Below are positions 28,650 to 38,100 of a stretch of DNA of 64,000 nt, piece by piece; position 1 is the stretch's first letter; every line of letters begins with the position of its first letter. The stretch is from positions 87,477 through 151,476 of the forward strand of contig CAVRQC010000006.1 in the NCBI GenBank assembly GCA_963723205.1, in the 5' to 3' direction. Made by a program: the position numbers and the translations under genes. Below the pieces are notes generated by a model. It made no database searches, was not told the origin of the DNA, and worked only from the letters and a program-made list of their open reading frames with translations. This DNA comes from an uncultured Ignavibacteriales bacterium. Lineage in GTDB: Bacteria; Bacteroidota; Ignavibacteria; Ignavibacteriales; Ignavibacteriaceae.

Positions 28650-29720
28650 TTGAATAACTTAAGACTGAATGTTGCATTAACATACAATGTCAAACCAGAA
28701 AGTGAAACTTTCCAAGAAAATTTATCCCCAATTTTAAAAGAACCAGCTGCAGAAAAAAAATTATTAACTGATACTTATGCAGAATGGGATACCAGGGAGA
28801 CAATAAATGCAGTTAAGTTTGCAATTGAATCTTTTCATAATGTTACAATGATTGAAGCTGATTATTATGCATTCGAAAAATTCAAGGAATACAAACCGGA
28901 TATAGTTTTTAATATTGCCGAGGGCTTTAACGGGAACGGCAGGGAAGCACAAATACCTTCTATGCTCGAGATGCTTCAAATACCTTATACAGGCTCGGAT
29001 CCTTTAACCCTTTCAATTTGTCTCGATAAAGCCCGTACAAAAGAAATTTTATATTATTATAAGATACCTAATTCGAAATTTTTAGTAGCTGATGATTTAA
29101 ACCATATATCAAACTCAAGTTACAATTTTCCACTGATCGTAAAACCCGTTTCGGAAGGTTCAAGCAAAGGGATATATTCTTCCTCCTTTGTAAATAATCC
29201 GAAGGAATTAAAAGACGAAGTTGAAAGAATAATATCTGAATATAATCAATCTGCTTTAATAGAAGAGTTTTTACCCGGAAGGGAATTTACCATTGCTATT
29301 CTAGGTAATGGAAAAACAGCAGAGGTTTTGCCAATTGTGGAAATAAATTATAATGAATTCCCCGAGGATTTTATTCCATTATACTCTTACGAAGCAAAAT
29401 GGATCCTGGACACAAAAGAAAATCCTCTGGATGTTTTTACCTGCCCTGCATTATTAGACAAACAGCTTGAAGAGAAAATAAAAAATATTTCTTTGCAAGC
29501 ATATAATATTCTTCGATGCAGGGACTGGAGCAGGATTGATGTTCGGCTTGATAAAGATGGAGAGCCGAATATTATAGAAATAAATCCTCTGCCGGGTATA
29601 CTGCCGAACCCGGAAGAAAACTCCTGCTATCCAAAGGCTGCAAGAGCAATAGGTTTAAATTATAACGATATGATCAACAGAGTTCTTTTAGAAGCTGCTA
29701 AAAGATACAACATTATATGA
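28650..29720 (+). CDS. ATP-grasp ligase, D-alanine--D-alanine ligase-like family (paralog 1)
   Basis: 356 aa with a TTG start. Ddl-like core: IPYTGSDPLTLSICLDKARTKEIL, PLIVKPVSEGSSKGI, LIEEFLPGREFTIAILG and RIDVRLDKDGEPNIIEINPLPG. The N-terminal region is atypical and lacks the Ddl GG.S.E.EVS motif. Confidence 0.8.
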   Translation: MNNLRLNVALTYNVKPESETFQENLSPILKEPAAEKKLLTDTYAEWDTRETINAVKFAIESFHNVTMIEADYYAFEKFKEYKPDIVFNIAEGFNGNGREAQIPSMLEMLQIPYTGSDPLTLSICLDKARTKEILYYYKIPNSKFLVADDLNHISNSSYNFPLIVKPVSEGSSKGIYSSSFVNNPKELKDEVERIISEYNQSALIEEFLPGREFTIAILGNGKTAEVLPIVEINYNEFPEDFIPLYSYEAKWILDTKENPLDVFTCPALLDKQLEEKIKNISLQAYNILRCRDWSRIDVRLDKDGEPNIIEINPLPGILPNPEENSCYPKAARAIGLNYNDMINRVLLEAAKRYNII

Positions 29721-30793
29721 AGATAAATGCTAAAATTTTAATTTGCTATAATTCTCCGATTAGCATCTTCCCTGTCTATAATGGAAAACCTTCAAAAAAA
29801 GGTTTATCCCCCGATGACCTGTCTGAAAAAGGATTCTCAAGAGAAATCAATAGTGTTCAAGAGAAGCTTTCTAAATATTTCCGGCATGTTTTTACTCTTG
29901 CAATAGACAGAAATGTTGAGCGTACTATTAAACAGATTAATAAATTCTCACCCGATGTTATCTTCAATTTTGTTGAAGCTGTTGAAGGAATTTCTTCATA
30001 CGAATATTGTATGGCGGGTGTTTTTCAACTATTAGGATTTGAATTCACAGGCAATCTTCCTGTTTGCCTTGGTAACTGTTTAAATAAAGCAAGAACTAAA
30101 AACATTCTTAAATCATTTGGGATACCAACTCCCGGATATATGACGGTAAAACCGAAAGAAAAAATTACTGAAGATAAATTTAACCTTCCTTATCCTGCCA
30201 TTTTAAAATTACTTAACGAAGATGCGAGTATTGGAATTTCGGAATTCTCTGTAGTAAAGAACTTTACACAATTAAAAAAACAACTAAGCTTTTTACATAG
30301 GACTTATAAACAAGAAGTCATAATAGAAGAATATGTAGATGGCCGTGAACTCAATGTTGCAATCCTAAATAACAAAGCTCTCCCGATCTCTGAAATTAAA
30401 TTTACAGGATTGCCGGATGGTCTGCCTAAAATAGTAACCTATGATGGTAAATGGATTGCAAACAGTATCTATTATGAAAACACAAAACCGAAATGTCCAG
30501 CGAAATTAAATCAAAAAATTAAAAATAAAATTGAAAAAACCGCATTATTAGCGTTCGAAGCATTAAACTGTAGAGACTATGCTAGGGTAGATATAAGATT
30601 GAAAGATAGTATACCATATGTAGTCGAAGTTAATCCTAATCCGGATATTTCTGTTGATTCAGGATTTGCAAGAGCAGCATCAGCTGCCGGCATTTCTCAT
30701 CAGGAGTTGCTGTTTGAAATTGTAAACCAGGCATTGATTCGATACAAAGAATTAAACGTAAAGAAATATGATACGGAAAATAAAGCAAGTTGA
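29717..30793 (+). CDS. ATP-grasp ligase, D-alanine--D-alanine ligase-like family (paralog 2)
   Basis: 358 aa. Same architecture as the upstream gene: DVIFNFVEAVEG vs DIVFNIAEGFNG, CLNKARTKNIL, IIEEYVDGRELNVAIL and RVDIRLKDSIPYVVEVNPNPD. Its ATGA start/stop overlaps paralog 1 at 29717-29720. Confidence 0.8.
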   Translation: MKINAKILICYNSPISIFPVYNGKPSKKGLSPDDLSEKGFSREINSVQEKLSKYFRHVFTLAIDRNVERTIKQINKFSPDVIFNFVEAVEGISSYEYCMAGVFQLLGFEFTGNLPVCLGNCLNKARTKNILKSFGIPTPGYMTVKPKEKITEDKFNLPYPAILKLLNEDASIGISEFSVVKNFTQLKKQLSFLHRTYKQEVIIEEYVDGRELNVAILNNKALPISEIKFTGLPDGLPKIVTYDGKWIANSIYYENTKPKCPAKLNQKIKNKIEKTALLAFEALNCRDYARVDIRLKDSIPYVVEVNPNPDISVDSGFARAASAAGISHQELLFEIVNQALIRYKELNVKKYDTENKAS

Positions 30794-31241
30794 TGTCGAG
30801 GAGATTGAAAGGATTTTAAATAAGATCCCGATTTTTTCTGAGGCTGAAGTTAAAGTTGGCATGGAATTGGTAAACATTGCTGCCTCGGATATTGAACAAA
30901 CTGATTACAATGTGTTTGTTTATGAAGAAGACAAAAAGATTTACGGGTATTATTGTACCGGAAGAAGACCACTGACGGATGCAGTTTATGATTTATATTG
31001 GATCGCAGCCGATCCGGAATCAAAAAAAAAAGGTATTGGTAGATTGTTATTGCAACATGCTGAAAATTTTGTTCTTGAAAAACAAGGCAGATGGCTTTTG
31101 GCTGAAACATCTTCAAAACAAAGCTATGAAAAAACAAGAAATTTTTATTTGAGAAATAATTTCTCGGTGATAGCCCAGATAAATGATTTTTATACTGTGG
31201 GCGATTCGCTAATTATTTTCGGAAAGTTTTTCAATAAATAA
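30768..31241 (+). CDS. GNAT family N-acetyltransferase
   Basis: 157 aa. Acetyl-CoA motif A (KKKGIGRLLLQHAENF) and C-terminal NFYLRNNF. Overlaps the preceding ATP-grasp gene by 26 nt. Confidence 0.8.
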   Translation: MIRKIKQVDVEEIERILNKIPIFSEAEVKVGMELVNIAASDIEQTDYNVFVYEEDKKIYGYYCTGRRPLTDAVYDLYWIAADPESKKKGIGRLLLQHAENFVLEKQGRWLLAETSSKQSYEKTRNFYLRNNFSVIAQINDFYTVGDSLIIFGKFFNK

Positions 31242-31260
31242 GAACAAACAGAGGAAAGTC

Positions 31261-32433
31261 ATGGAACTGTGGCAGCAAATGGTAAGAGACAGTATTCATT
31301 CTGTAGATCAGCTTGTAGAAAAATTCGGGATCGACAGGCAGGACGCTGAAGACCTGGATGAATTTTTCCAGGCAAGGATCAATCCTTACTATCTAAGTTT
31401 AATTAGATATCCGGGTGATCCGATCTGGCGCCAATGCGTACCTGACAGAATGGAACTTGATGATTTTGATGCGGAAGAAGATCCATTGATGGAAGATGCA
31501 ATGAGTCCCGTTCCTAATATCACTCACCGATATCCTGATCGTGCCCTATTCCTTGTAACAAGCCAATGCGGTTTGTATTGCCGTTTCTGTACAAGAAAAA
31601 GAAAAGTCGGTGATTATGAAAAAATTTCTATGAAGGGATTGGAAAGTGCATTTAAGTATATTGAAAAGCATACCGAAATAAGAGATGTTATTCTTTCCGG
31701 CGGCGATCCTTTAATGTTAACCGATGTCATGCTCGAAAAAATCTTAAAACGGTTAAGATCAATCCCTCATTTGGAAATAATAAGAATCGGATCAAAAATG
31801 CCTTGCGTTCTTCCCCAAAGAATTACTCCGGAACTATGTAAGATGCTGAAAAAATATCATCCGGTTTATTTGAATACTCATTTCAATCATCCATGGGAAA
31901 TTACGCGGGAAAGTTCTAAAGCATGTGAAATGCTTGCGGATTCCGGGATTCCGGTTGGAAACCAGATGGTTTTGATGAGAGGTGTAAATGATGATCCCGC
32001 TGTAGTGAAAGAATTAATGCAGAAGTTATTAAAGATTAGAGTCCGTCCTTATTATATGTATATGGCTGATGAAACAAAGGGAGCTAATCATTTTAGAACT
32101 TCTATAGAAACCGGTTTGGAAATTATAGAAAACCTTCGCGGTCATACAAGCGGATTGGCAATTCCTCATTTTGTTATTGATGCGCCTGGTGGAGGCGGAA
32201 AGATCCCGATTCTTCCAAATTATGTGCTGCATCATGATGAAGATAAAATTATACTCAGGAATTACCAGCAAAAGGTATATTCTTATAAAAATTATAATGA
32301 CCGTAATAACCCAAACAGTAAAAACGGCAAAACTTTCAAAATAAGAGCCAGCAAGAAAAATGGTAAATCCAAAGAAAATGAACCAAGTTTATTTGAGCTG
32401 GAAGAGCCTGTTTTTGAAGAGGTAGAAAATTAA
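31261..32433 (+). CDS. kamA: lysine 2,3-aminomutase (KamA/AblA family radical SAM, PLP-dependent)
   Basis: 390 aa. Radical SAM cluster SQCGLYCRFCTRKR, SGGDPL, and the PLP-lysine motif VIDAPGGGGKIPILPNY. Ends in a low-complexity K/N/E-rich tail. Confidence 0.88.
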   Translation: MELWQQMVRDSIHSVDQLVEKFGIDRQDAEDLDEFFQARINPYYLSLIRYPGDPIWRQCVPDRMELDDFDAEEDPLMEDAMSPVPNITHRYPDRALFLVTSQCGLYCRFCTRKRKVGDYEKISMKGLESAFKYIEKHTEIRDVILSGGDPLMLTDVMLEKILKRLRSIPHLEIIRIGSKMPCVLPQRITPELCKMLKKYHPVYLNTHFNHPWEITRESSKACEMLADSGIPVGNQMVLMRGVNDDPAVVKELMQKLLKIRVRPYYMYMADETKGANHFRTSIETGLEIIENLRGHTSGLAIPHFVIDAPGGGGKIPILPNYVLHHDEDKIILRNYQQKVYSYKNYNDRNNPNSKNGKTFKIRASKKNGKSKENEPSLFELEEPVFEEVEN

Positions 32434-32441
32434 TAATGAAT

Positions 32442-32470
32442 GCAGGGAATGCAAAATTTGCATTCCCTGC
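32442..32470. terminator. palindromic hairpin between convergent kamA and the thioredoxin-like gene (bidirectional terminator candidate)
   Basis: GCAGGGAATGCAAA-a-TTTGCATTCCCTGC has perfect 14-nt arms. It touches the stop codon of the minus-strand gene. Confidence 0.6.
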
Positions 32471-33069
32471 TAGCTGTGAGCTGTTAAAATTTTTATCATG
32501 TCTTTTTCTAATGTATCGCGGGGTGATTCAATTATTCTTCCCAGTTCATTTCCATCTTTATAAAAAATAATTGTTGGAACAAGTTCTATTTTAAGACCGT
32601 TCAGTTCATCTCCCTTTGTTTTTTTATCTTCATCAACACAAATAATTTTTACTTTTTCTGAAGGATAATTCATCGCATCAAGAATTTTAAAGAACCGGGG
32701 GACTTCCCTCCTGCTGTCACTGCACCAGGTTCCCATAACAACCTTTATATTCACATTTTTCAGACCATTTTTAATTTCTTTTAAACTTACCGAATCAACA
32801 TTATACAAATCATATTCAGACATCCACCACCAATTGAAACTCGTATCCTTAAATGCTTCTCTGCTGCATTCACCAATTAACATCGGCATTCCGGAGTAAC
32901 TATCCTTTACAATATTATTCAGTTTTTTATCTGTTGATCCGGAATCTGCCGGCAAATTTTTCATTACAACAATAATAGTATTTTGTTGAGATTTTAAGCC
33001 GGGGATTTTAGGTTTACCAAGCAATATGCCAGCAGCAAAAATAGATAAGAACAAAATTTTCATTAACAT
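32470..33069 (-). CDS. thioredoxin-fold protein, secreted or lipoprotein-like, with a monothiol WCSDS motif
   Basis: Signal-like N-terminus MLMKILFLSIFAAGILLG and thioredoxin-like core VVMGTWCSDSRREVPRFFKIL...VPTIIFYKDG. I prefer the ATG at 33069 because the 33114 start would overlap the 3' end of nadK. Confidence 0.6.
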   Translation of the reverse strand: MLMKILFLSIFAAGILLGKPKIPGLKSQQNTIIVVMKNLPADSGSTDKKLNNIVKDSYSGMPMLIGECSREAFKDTSFNWWWMSEYDLYNVDSVSLKEIKNGLKNVNIKVVMGTWCSDSRREVPRFFKILDAMNYPSEKVKIICVDEDKKTKGDELNGLKIELVPTIIFYKDGNELGRIIESPRDTLEKDMIKILTAHS

Positions 33070-33080
33070 ATTTAGTCCTG

Positions 33081-33965
33081 CTAGAAAGAATTTAATCTTA
33101 AATCTATCCCCCATAAAAGTTTATTTCTAAGGGTTTCGAAGTAGTTTGTCAGGGAAGTATGAACTAGCTTAAACGGACGATCACTTTTACTAATTCTTAC
33201 TTCAAGCGGGGGTGAAAAAGTAAATACTCTTTGCCCATCACAGTTTACAAGAATTTCTTTATGCAGTGAACTAATCCGGACAGAAATTGTTTCATTGCCA
33301 GGCAAAACCAGTGGACGCATAGACAAGCTATGAGGTGAAATCGGGCTTAAAGTTATTACATCAGTTTTAGGGCTAACAATCGGACCGCCAGCTGACAGAG
33401 AATAACCCGTGGAACCAGTAGGTGTAGCGACAATTAATCCATCGGCAGAAAATGTGGTAACATATTTATCACCTATATCAATATCAAGCTGGATCATTTT
33501 AGGCCATCCGCCTTTGTCGAAAACAATATCATTTATTGCATAAAGTCTTTCTATTTTATGTCCGATGCATTCACCGGTTATGATCATTCTTTCTTCAATT
33601 TCATAATTCCCGTCTTTGATCTCTTTTATAAAAGTATCAATCTGGTTTATATTAACCTCAGCAAGAAAACCTAACTTTCCAATGTTAATGCCGAATACAG
33701 GTTTATTATGAAATTGTGCCTGGTAAGCTGTTGCAAGCATAGTCCCGTCTCCGCCGATCGATATTATCATATCACTTTTTTTACACAGCTTATCACTTTC
33801 AACAAACTTGGTCTTATTGATTTTTTCTTTAATTAAATCCTTATTTTCCGAAATAAGATCCATTAATAAGTAATCAAATCCGTTTTCTTTCAGCGTTTTA
33901 ATCAATATTGAAATTACTTCGTAAACTTTGGCTTTTGAAATATTTGCAACTATACCAATTATCAT
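33081..33965 (-). CDS. nadK: NAD+ kinase
   Basis: 294 aa with the GGDGTML motif, LGFL and TPTGSTGYSLSAGGPIV. Confidence 0.9.
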   Translation of the reverse strand: MIIGIVANISKAKVYEVISILIKTLKENGFDYLLMDLISENKDLIKEKINKTKFVESDKLCKKSDMIISIGGDGTMLATAYQAQFHNKPVFGINIGKLGFLAEVNINQIDTFIKEIKDGNYEIEERMIITGECIGHKIERLYAINDIVFDKGGWPKMIQLDIDIGDKYVTTFSADGLIVATPTGSTGYSLSAGGPIVSPKTDVITLSPISPHSLSMRPLVLPGNETISVRISSLHKEILVNCDGQRVFTFSPPLEVRISKSDRPFKLVHTSLTNYFETLRNKLLWGIDLRLNSF

Positions 33966-34006
33966 TTCATTTTCAAATTTCTATAATTTATAATGAACTA
34001 AATTTC

Positions 34007-34762
34007 TTACTTGCTTTTTAACTCCCACAATTTACAATATTTTGTGAAAACATATGCCGAAGAAAATATTGCCAGGATAAATCCCTGTACTCCGTCAAGA
34101 AAGCCTCTTTTTATAATGAACATTTTTATAAAAATAAAAAGCGGTCTTAAAATTATATCTGAAATTAAAAAAGATTTTCCTTTATTGAAAAGCTCTTCCG
34201 CAGCTAATGTAGTGTACCTGTTAAATTTAACAAAGTAATGGTGGATAGTGGGATCGGTATAGTGATTAATATCATTACTTAGTTTTCCAACCTCTCCTTT
34301 CACAACAAGATTCTCATGAACATCTTTCTCATCGAATTTAACTTTATATTTATCAAAAAGGCGCGTAATTCTTCCCGGATACCATCCGCTGTGTTTAATC
34401 CACTTGCCCAGGAAAAACGCTTTACGTGGAATAGAATATGCAGCATATTCCGGCGATTTATTTTTAAATTCAGTTATCTCGTCCGATAATTCCATCGTTA
34501 ATTCTTCGTCTGCATCAATCCACAAGACCCAATCATTCGATGTTAATGAAACCGCATACTGTTTTGTTTTCGAGTATCCCTGCCATCTTTTAATACTGCA
34601 TTTAACTTCCGCAAAGGATTTGGTTATTTCCAATGTCTTATCATTTGAATCTTCATCAACAATAACTACTATTTCATCTATACATTTTCGCTGGCTTTCG
34701 ATGCATCTTTGAATATTCAGTTCTTCATTCTTCGCAATAACTATGGAAGATATTTTAAACAT
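34007..34762 (-). CDS. family 2 glycosyltransferase (LPS-core WaaE/KdtX-like)
   Basis: 251 aa. SIVIAKNEELNI...VVIVDEDSNDKT...WVLWIDADEEL, including the DxD-type DADE motif. Confidence 0.8.
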   Translation of the reverse strand: MFKISSIVIAKNEELNIQRCIESQRKCIDEIVVIVDEDSNDKTLEITKSFAEVKCSIKRWQGYSKTKQYAVSLTSNDWVLWIDADEELTMELSDEITEFKNKSPEYAAYSIPRKAFFLGKWIKHSGWYPGRITRLFDKYKVKFDEKDVHENLVVKGEVGKLSNDINHYTDPTIHHYFVKFNRYTTLAAEELFNKGKSFLISDIILRPLFIFIKMFIIKRGFLDGVQGFILAIFSSAYVFTKYCKLWELKSK

Positions 34763-35908
34763 TTAATTAATCAGTTTTTTTAATACTTTTTTAACTTCTT
34801 CCGGTTTTATTTGATTTATATCTAATGAGGATTCAAATCTATATGTATCTTTATTAATATTCGGATTATTCGTTATTTCACCCGGATAAATATAATATGA
34901 ATCATTAAATATTTCTTTGGGATAAGGATGGAACCTGCTATAAAAAGCTCCATTTGATATACAAATAAATCGTGTATCAACAGCCACGGCAAAATGAACA
35001 GCGCTTGTTTCATTTGATATTAACAATTCTGCAGATGATAATAACTTAGCCATTTCTGTTAATGAGGTTGAACCGGCGGTAATGAAAACTCTTTGCGATT
35101 TTAAATTGTCCCAAATATACTGTGCAAGTTTAATTTCTTTTTCTGAACCATCAATGACAATATCATAATTAGAATTATCTAAAATGTATCTTGCTGTTTC
35201 TACATAATTATTGATGTCCCATCTTCTTTTTTCCGAGCTGCCTCCGGGGAAAAGTACAATATAATTTTTGCCCGGTAATTTAGTGAAAGAAATATCCGAA
35301 ACGTCTATAGAAGGTTTTTTAATATCTATTTTCATCTCAAGCAAATTTTCAAAAAATTCTTTATTGCGGTTAAACTCAAACAGATTATTTTCTTTTGATG
35401 AAATTAGTTTCGTATACCATTTATCGGAAAACAAATTTCTTTTCCATTTTGAATGTTTATCAAGAGAACCTGTATTTCCTATTCGCTCCGACGCTCTGGA
35501 CACTTTTATAATTTCATCACCATACAAGACTTCCCTTGAGTATGTTGTTTCAATTGCAATTTCAAATCCGTAATTATGAATCTCTTTTAACATTTTATAT
35601 TTGTAGATAAAATTTCCATAAAATTTTTTCCTGTTCATCCAGACAAAATTATCTACTACATCCTTATCAAGGTTTTCAGCTAACTCTTTCCATGCAATAT
35701 TGCCGCAAAGTGTGATTTTATAATTGCGATATTCTGAACTATCCTTTAAAAGGCTAATAAAGTTTCTGAAAAGGATATAATCACCAATAGCATCCATCCT
35801 GATTATAAGCATAGAATCCGGTAGCGTTTTAACTTTTTTAATGTTTATAAAAGGAAGAATGATTAAAAAAATCAAAAAATTAAACAAATTTTTTATTTTA
35901 ATATACAT
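34763..35908 (-). CDS. family 9 glycosyltransferase (heptosyltransferase-like)
   Basis: 381 aa. MLIIRMDAIGDYILFRNFISLLK and LFPGGSSEKRRWDINNY are typical of GT9. It abuts the downstream GT2 gene with no gap. Confidence 0.7.
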   Translation of the reverse strand: MYIKIKNLFNFLIFLIILPFINIKKVKTLPDSMLIIRMDAIGDYILFRNFISLLKDSSEYRNYKITLCGNIAWKELAENLDKDVVDNFVWMNRKKFYGNFIYKYKMLKEIHNYGFEIAIETTYSREVLYGDEIIKVSRASERIGNTGSLDKHSKWKRNLFSDKWYTKLISSKENNLFEFNRNKEFFENLLEMKIDIKKPSIDVSDISFTKLPGKNYIVLFPGGSSEKRRWDINNYVETARYILDNSNYDIVIDGSEKEIKLAQYIWDNLKSQRVFITAGSTSLTEMAKLLSSAELLISNETSAVHFAVAVDTRFICISNGAFYSRFHPYPKEIFNDSYYIYPGEITNNPNINKDTYRFESSLDINQIKPEEVKKVLKKLIN

Positions 35909-35926
35909 TAATACTAAATTTTAAAT

Positions 35927-36736
35927 TTAGCTTGGGTACTCATTAAAAATTTTTTTTAAATCAAAATGATCTTCCATAGTTTTTGATTTTAAAACCTTTT
36001 TTACAAATATGAAAAGACCTATTTTATTAAGAGACATCAATGAATTAAAAACTATACTACTAAATTTTTTATCCGTAAAAAGAAATAAATTCTTATAATT
36101 ATAAACACAAAGATTAAATTTACTTGCTAATGTTTCCAATGTTTTTTTTGAATAAAAAGATATATGCTGACCATGCTCAAATGCGTAGTACCACCATTCG
36201 TCAGATTTGGGTAAAGGTTCCGGAATTAATTCGGTAGAAAATACTATACTTTTTGATATCTTTGACATTTTTTCTAATTCATTTACCGGATTAACTAAAT
36301 GTTCGAATACTTCAAATGCTGTTAAAAGCTGGATATTGTTTTTTTCATTGGGATTATATTCAAAACCCTTAGCCAAAATATTTTCACAAAACGGATCATC
36401 CCAATAAAAATCAAAACCGACATCTCTCATCAGCCTTGTAAATATTCCATAACCGCCGGCATAATCCAAAAAATTTTTTTGTCTATTGTAAAAGAAACAA
36501 ATTAATATAGATACTAACTTTCTGAAATAAAGATTTCTTTCAAGAATACCGGTATCAAAAATGTTAATAGCCTGTGCGTATGCCTCTTCAAGCCAATAAG
36601 GTTCTTCGGTAAACACATATTCGCAATTTTCGCAACGAAAATATTGGACATCATATTTCCCAAGTACTTTCGCATTAAAAAGTTTCTCAACTTTGTTTTT
36701 ACAGATTTTGCAATTCATTTTTGTTACTTCGCCCAA
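35927..36736 (-). CDS. class I SAM-dependent methyltransferase with an N-terminal zinc ribbon
   Basis: CKICKNK...CENCEY zinc ribbon, then the SAM-binding segment FLDYAGGYGIFTRLM and FEVFEHL. The start may instead be the MNCKICK ATG at 36718. Confidence 0.7.
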   Translation of the reverse strand: MGEVTKMNCKICKNKVEKLFNAKVLGKYDVQYFRCENCEYVFTEEPYWLEEAYAQAINIFDTGILERNLYFRKLVSILICFFYNRQKNFLDYAGGYGIFTRLMRDVGFDFYWDDPFCENILAKGFEYNPNEKNNIQLLTAFEVFEHLVNPVNELEKMSKISKSIVFSTELIPEPLPKSDEWWYYAFEHGQHISFYSKKTLETLASKFNLCVYNYKNLFLFTDKKFSSIVFNSLMSLNKIGLFIFVKKVLKSKTMEDHFDLKKIFNEYPS

Positions 36737-38091
36737 ATACCTGTTGCTTTTTTATTTACAATTTTAGAATACTGAATTGGAGCCCATATTGATCCAACTC
36801 CTACGCATATACAAGTTGCAGCAATAACCCCCGATATGCCCATATCCAAATTTCTTGCAAAATAAATTGATAATGGGATATTAATTATACCAACAATTAC
36901 TGAACTATATAACTGCAGACGAATTTTTCCAACCCCATTTATAAAATACGCAAATATATTATTCCAATTAGATATAATGGCAAAAAAGCCCATTAGTATT
37001 GTTAAACCTACCGGAACTTGAATTGTTGAATTTAACCAGATATCATAAACCCAATTCGCAATAAAAATCATTATAATAACTAATATGCTAAGTAAGGCCC
37101 AGACTTTCAAAATTTTACTTATAGCATTCTTAATCCAATTAAGATCATCCTTAGCATATGCTTCAGTGTAAGCCGACCACATTGGGGTAAGTACCATAAA
37201 AAATATTATGGGAATATAATTAAAATATTTGTAGGCAATATTATAAACAGTAACATCAGCAGGGCCGAATAGCTGGGTTATTATCAAATTATCTGTTGTA
37301 AAAATAATTAATGTGGCAATTTGAATTATAAAAAATTGGGTCCCTAATCCTAAAAGATCTTTTAAATTGGATAACCTTACTGCTTTGAATGACGGTGAAA
37401 TGGTTTTATACTTTCTCCTGAAAAAAATAAAAGAAGCAAATATAAACACAACAACAGGAATAAATGTTGAACCGGCGCCTAAAAGCAGTATTGAAGGAGA
37501 AGCTATCTTTAAAAGAAGATAAACCAAGAGAACTGTTAATAAATTAATACTGAAGCTGAAAAATCCATTTAAAGCTGTTTTCTGATCAGCATTAATTATG
37601 AAAGTCAAAAGTCTTAATACAAATTGTGTTAAAAAAAAGATAACCGAAAGAAGAACAAGCGTATTTAATTCGCTTTCCAGATAAACAGGAGCTTTAAATA
37701 TTTCAAACCAGTTTATAAATCTGAAAATTACTATAAATACAATAATAATTAACAGTATTATCAATGAAAAAACGGCATAAGTAGTGCTGACATATATTTT
37801 TGCTGAATGAAGATCATCTTTTGCGAAAGCTTCGGCTAATTTATTTCTTAACCCGTTTCCCAAACCAAAATCCAGATAATTAAACCAGGTTAATATTGAT
37901 GACAAGGTTAACCAGACTCCGTATTCAGTTTTTCCAAGATAATCCAAAGTGAGTCTTACAAGAAGAAGATTGAAAAGGAAATTAAATCCGTTGAAGATGA
38001 AAAGGAAAAAAATATTTTTTTTTGCTTTTAGTGACCTTGATGAATTTTCAAGATTAAAAAACTTCAGTGTAGTAGATATAATTTTTTGCAT
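36724..38091 (-). CDS. oligosaccharide/polysaccharide flippase (Wzx-like, MOP superfamily)
   Basis: 455 aa with 12 or more hydrophobic helices. Embedded among glycosyltransferases. Confidence 0.7.
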   Translation of the reverse strand: MQKIISTTLKFFNLENSSRSLKAKKNIFFLFIFNGFNFLFNLLLVRLTLDYLGKTEYGVWLTLSSILTWFNYLDFGLGNGLRNKLAEAFAKDDLHSAKIYVSTTYAVFSLIILLIIIVFIVIFRFINWFEIFKAPVYLESELNTLVLLSVIFFLTQFVLRLLTFIINADQKTALNGFFSFSINLLTVLLVYLLLKIASPSILLLGAGSTFIPVVVFIFASFIFFRRKYKTISPSFKAVRLSNLKDLLGLGTQFFIIQIATLIIFTTDNLIITQLFGPADVTVYNIAYKYFNYIPIIFFMVLTPMWSAYTEAYAKDDLNWIKNAISKILKVWALLSILVIIMIFIANWVYDIWLNSTIQVPVGLTILMGFFAIISNWNNIFAYFINGVGKIRLQLYSSVIVGIINIPLSIYFARNLDMGISGVIAATCICVGVGSIWAPIQYSKIVNKKATGIWAK

Positions 38092-38100
38092 TCTTTAAAT

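Noticed and set aside
33070-33114. 34-nt overlap between the thioredoxin-like ORF (track start 33114) and the 3' end of nadK
   Set aside because: An internal ATG at 33069 begins a typical signal peptide (MLMKILFLSIF...) and removes the overlap. The longer ORF is an over-extension.
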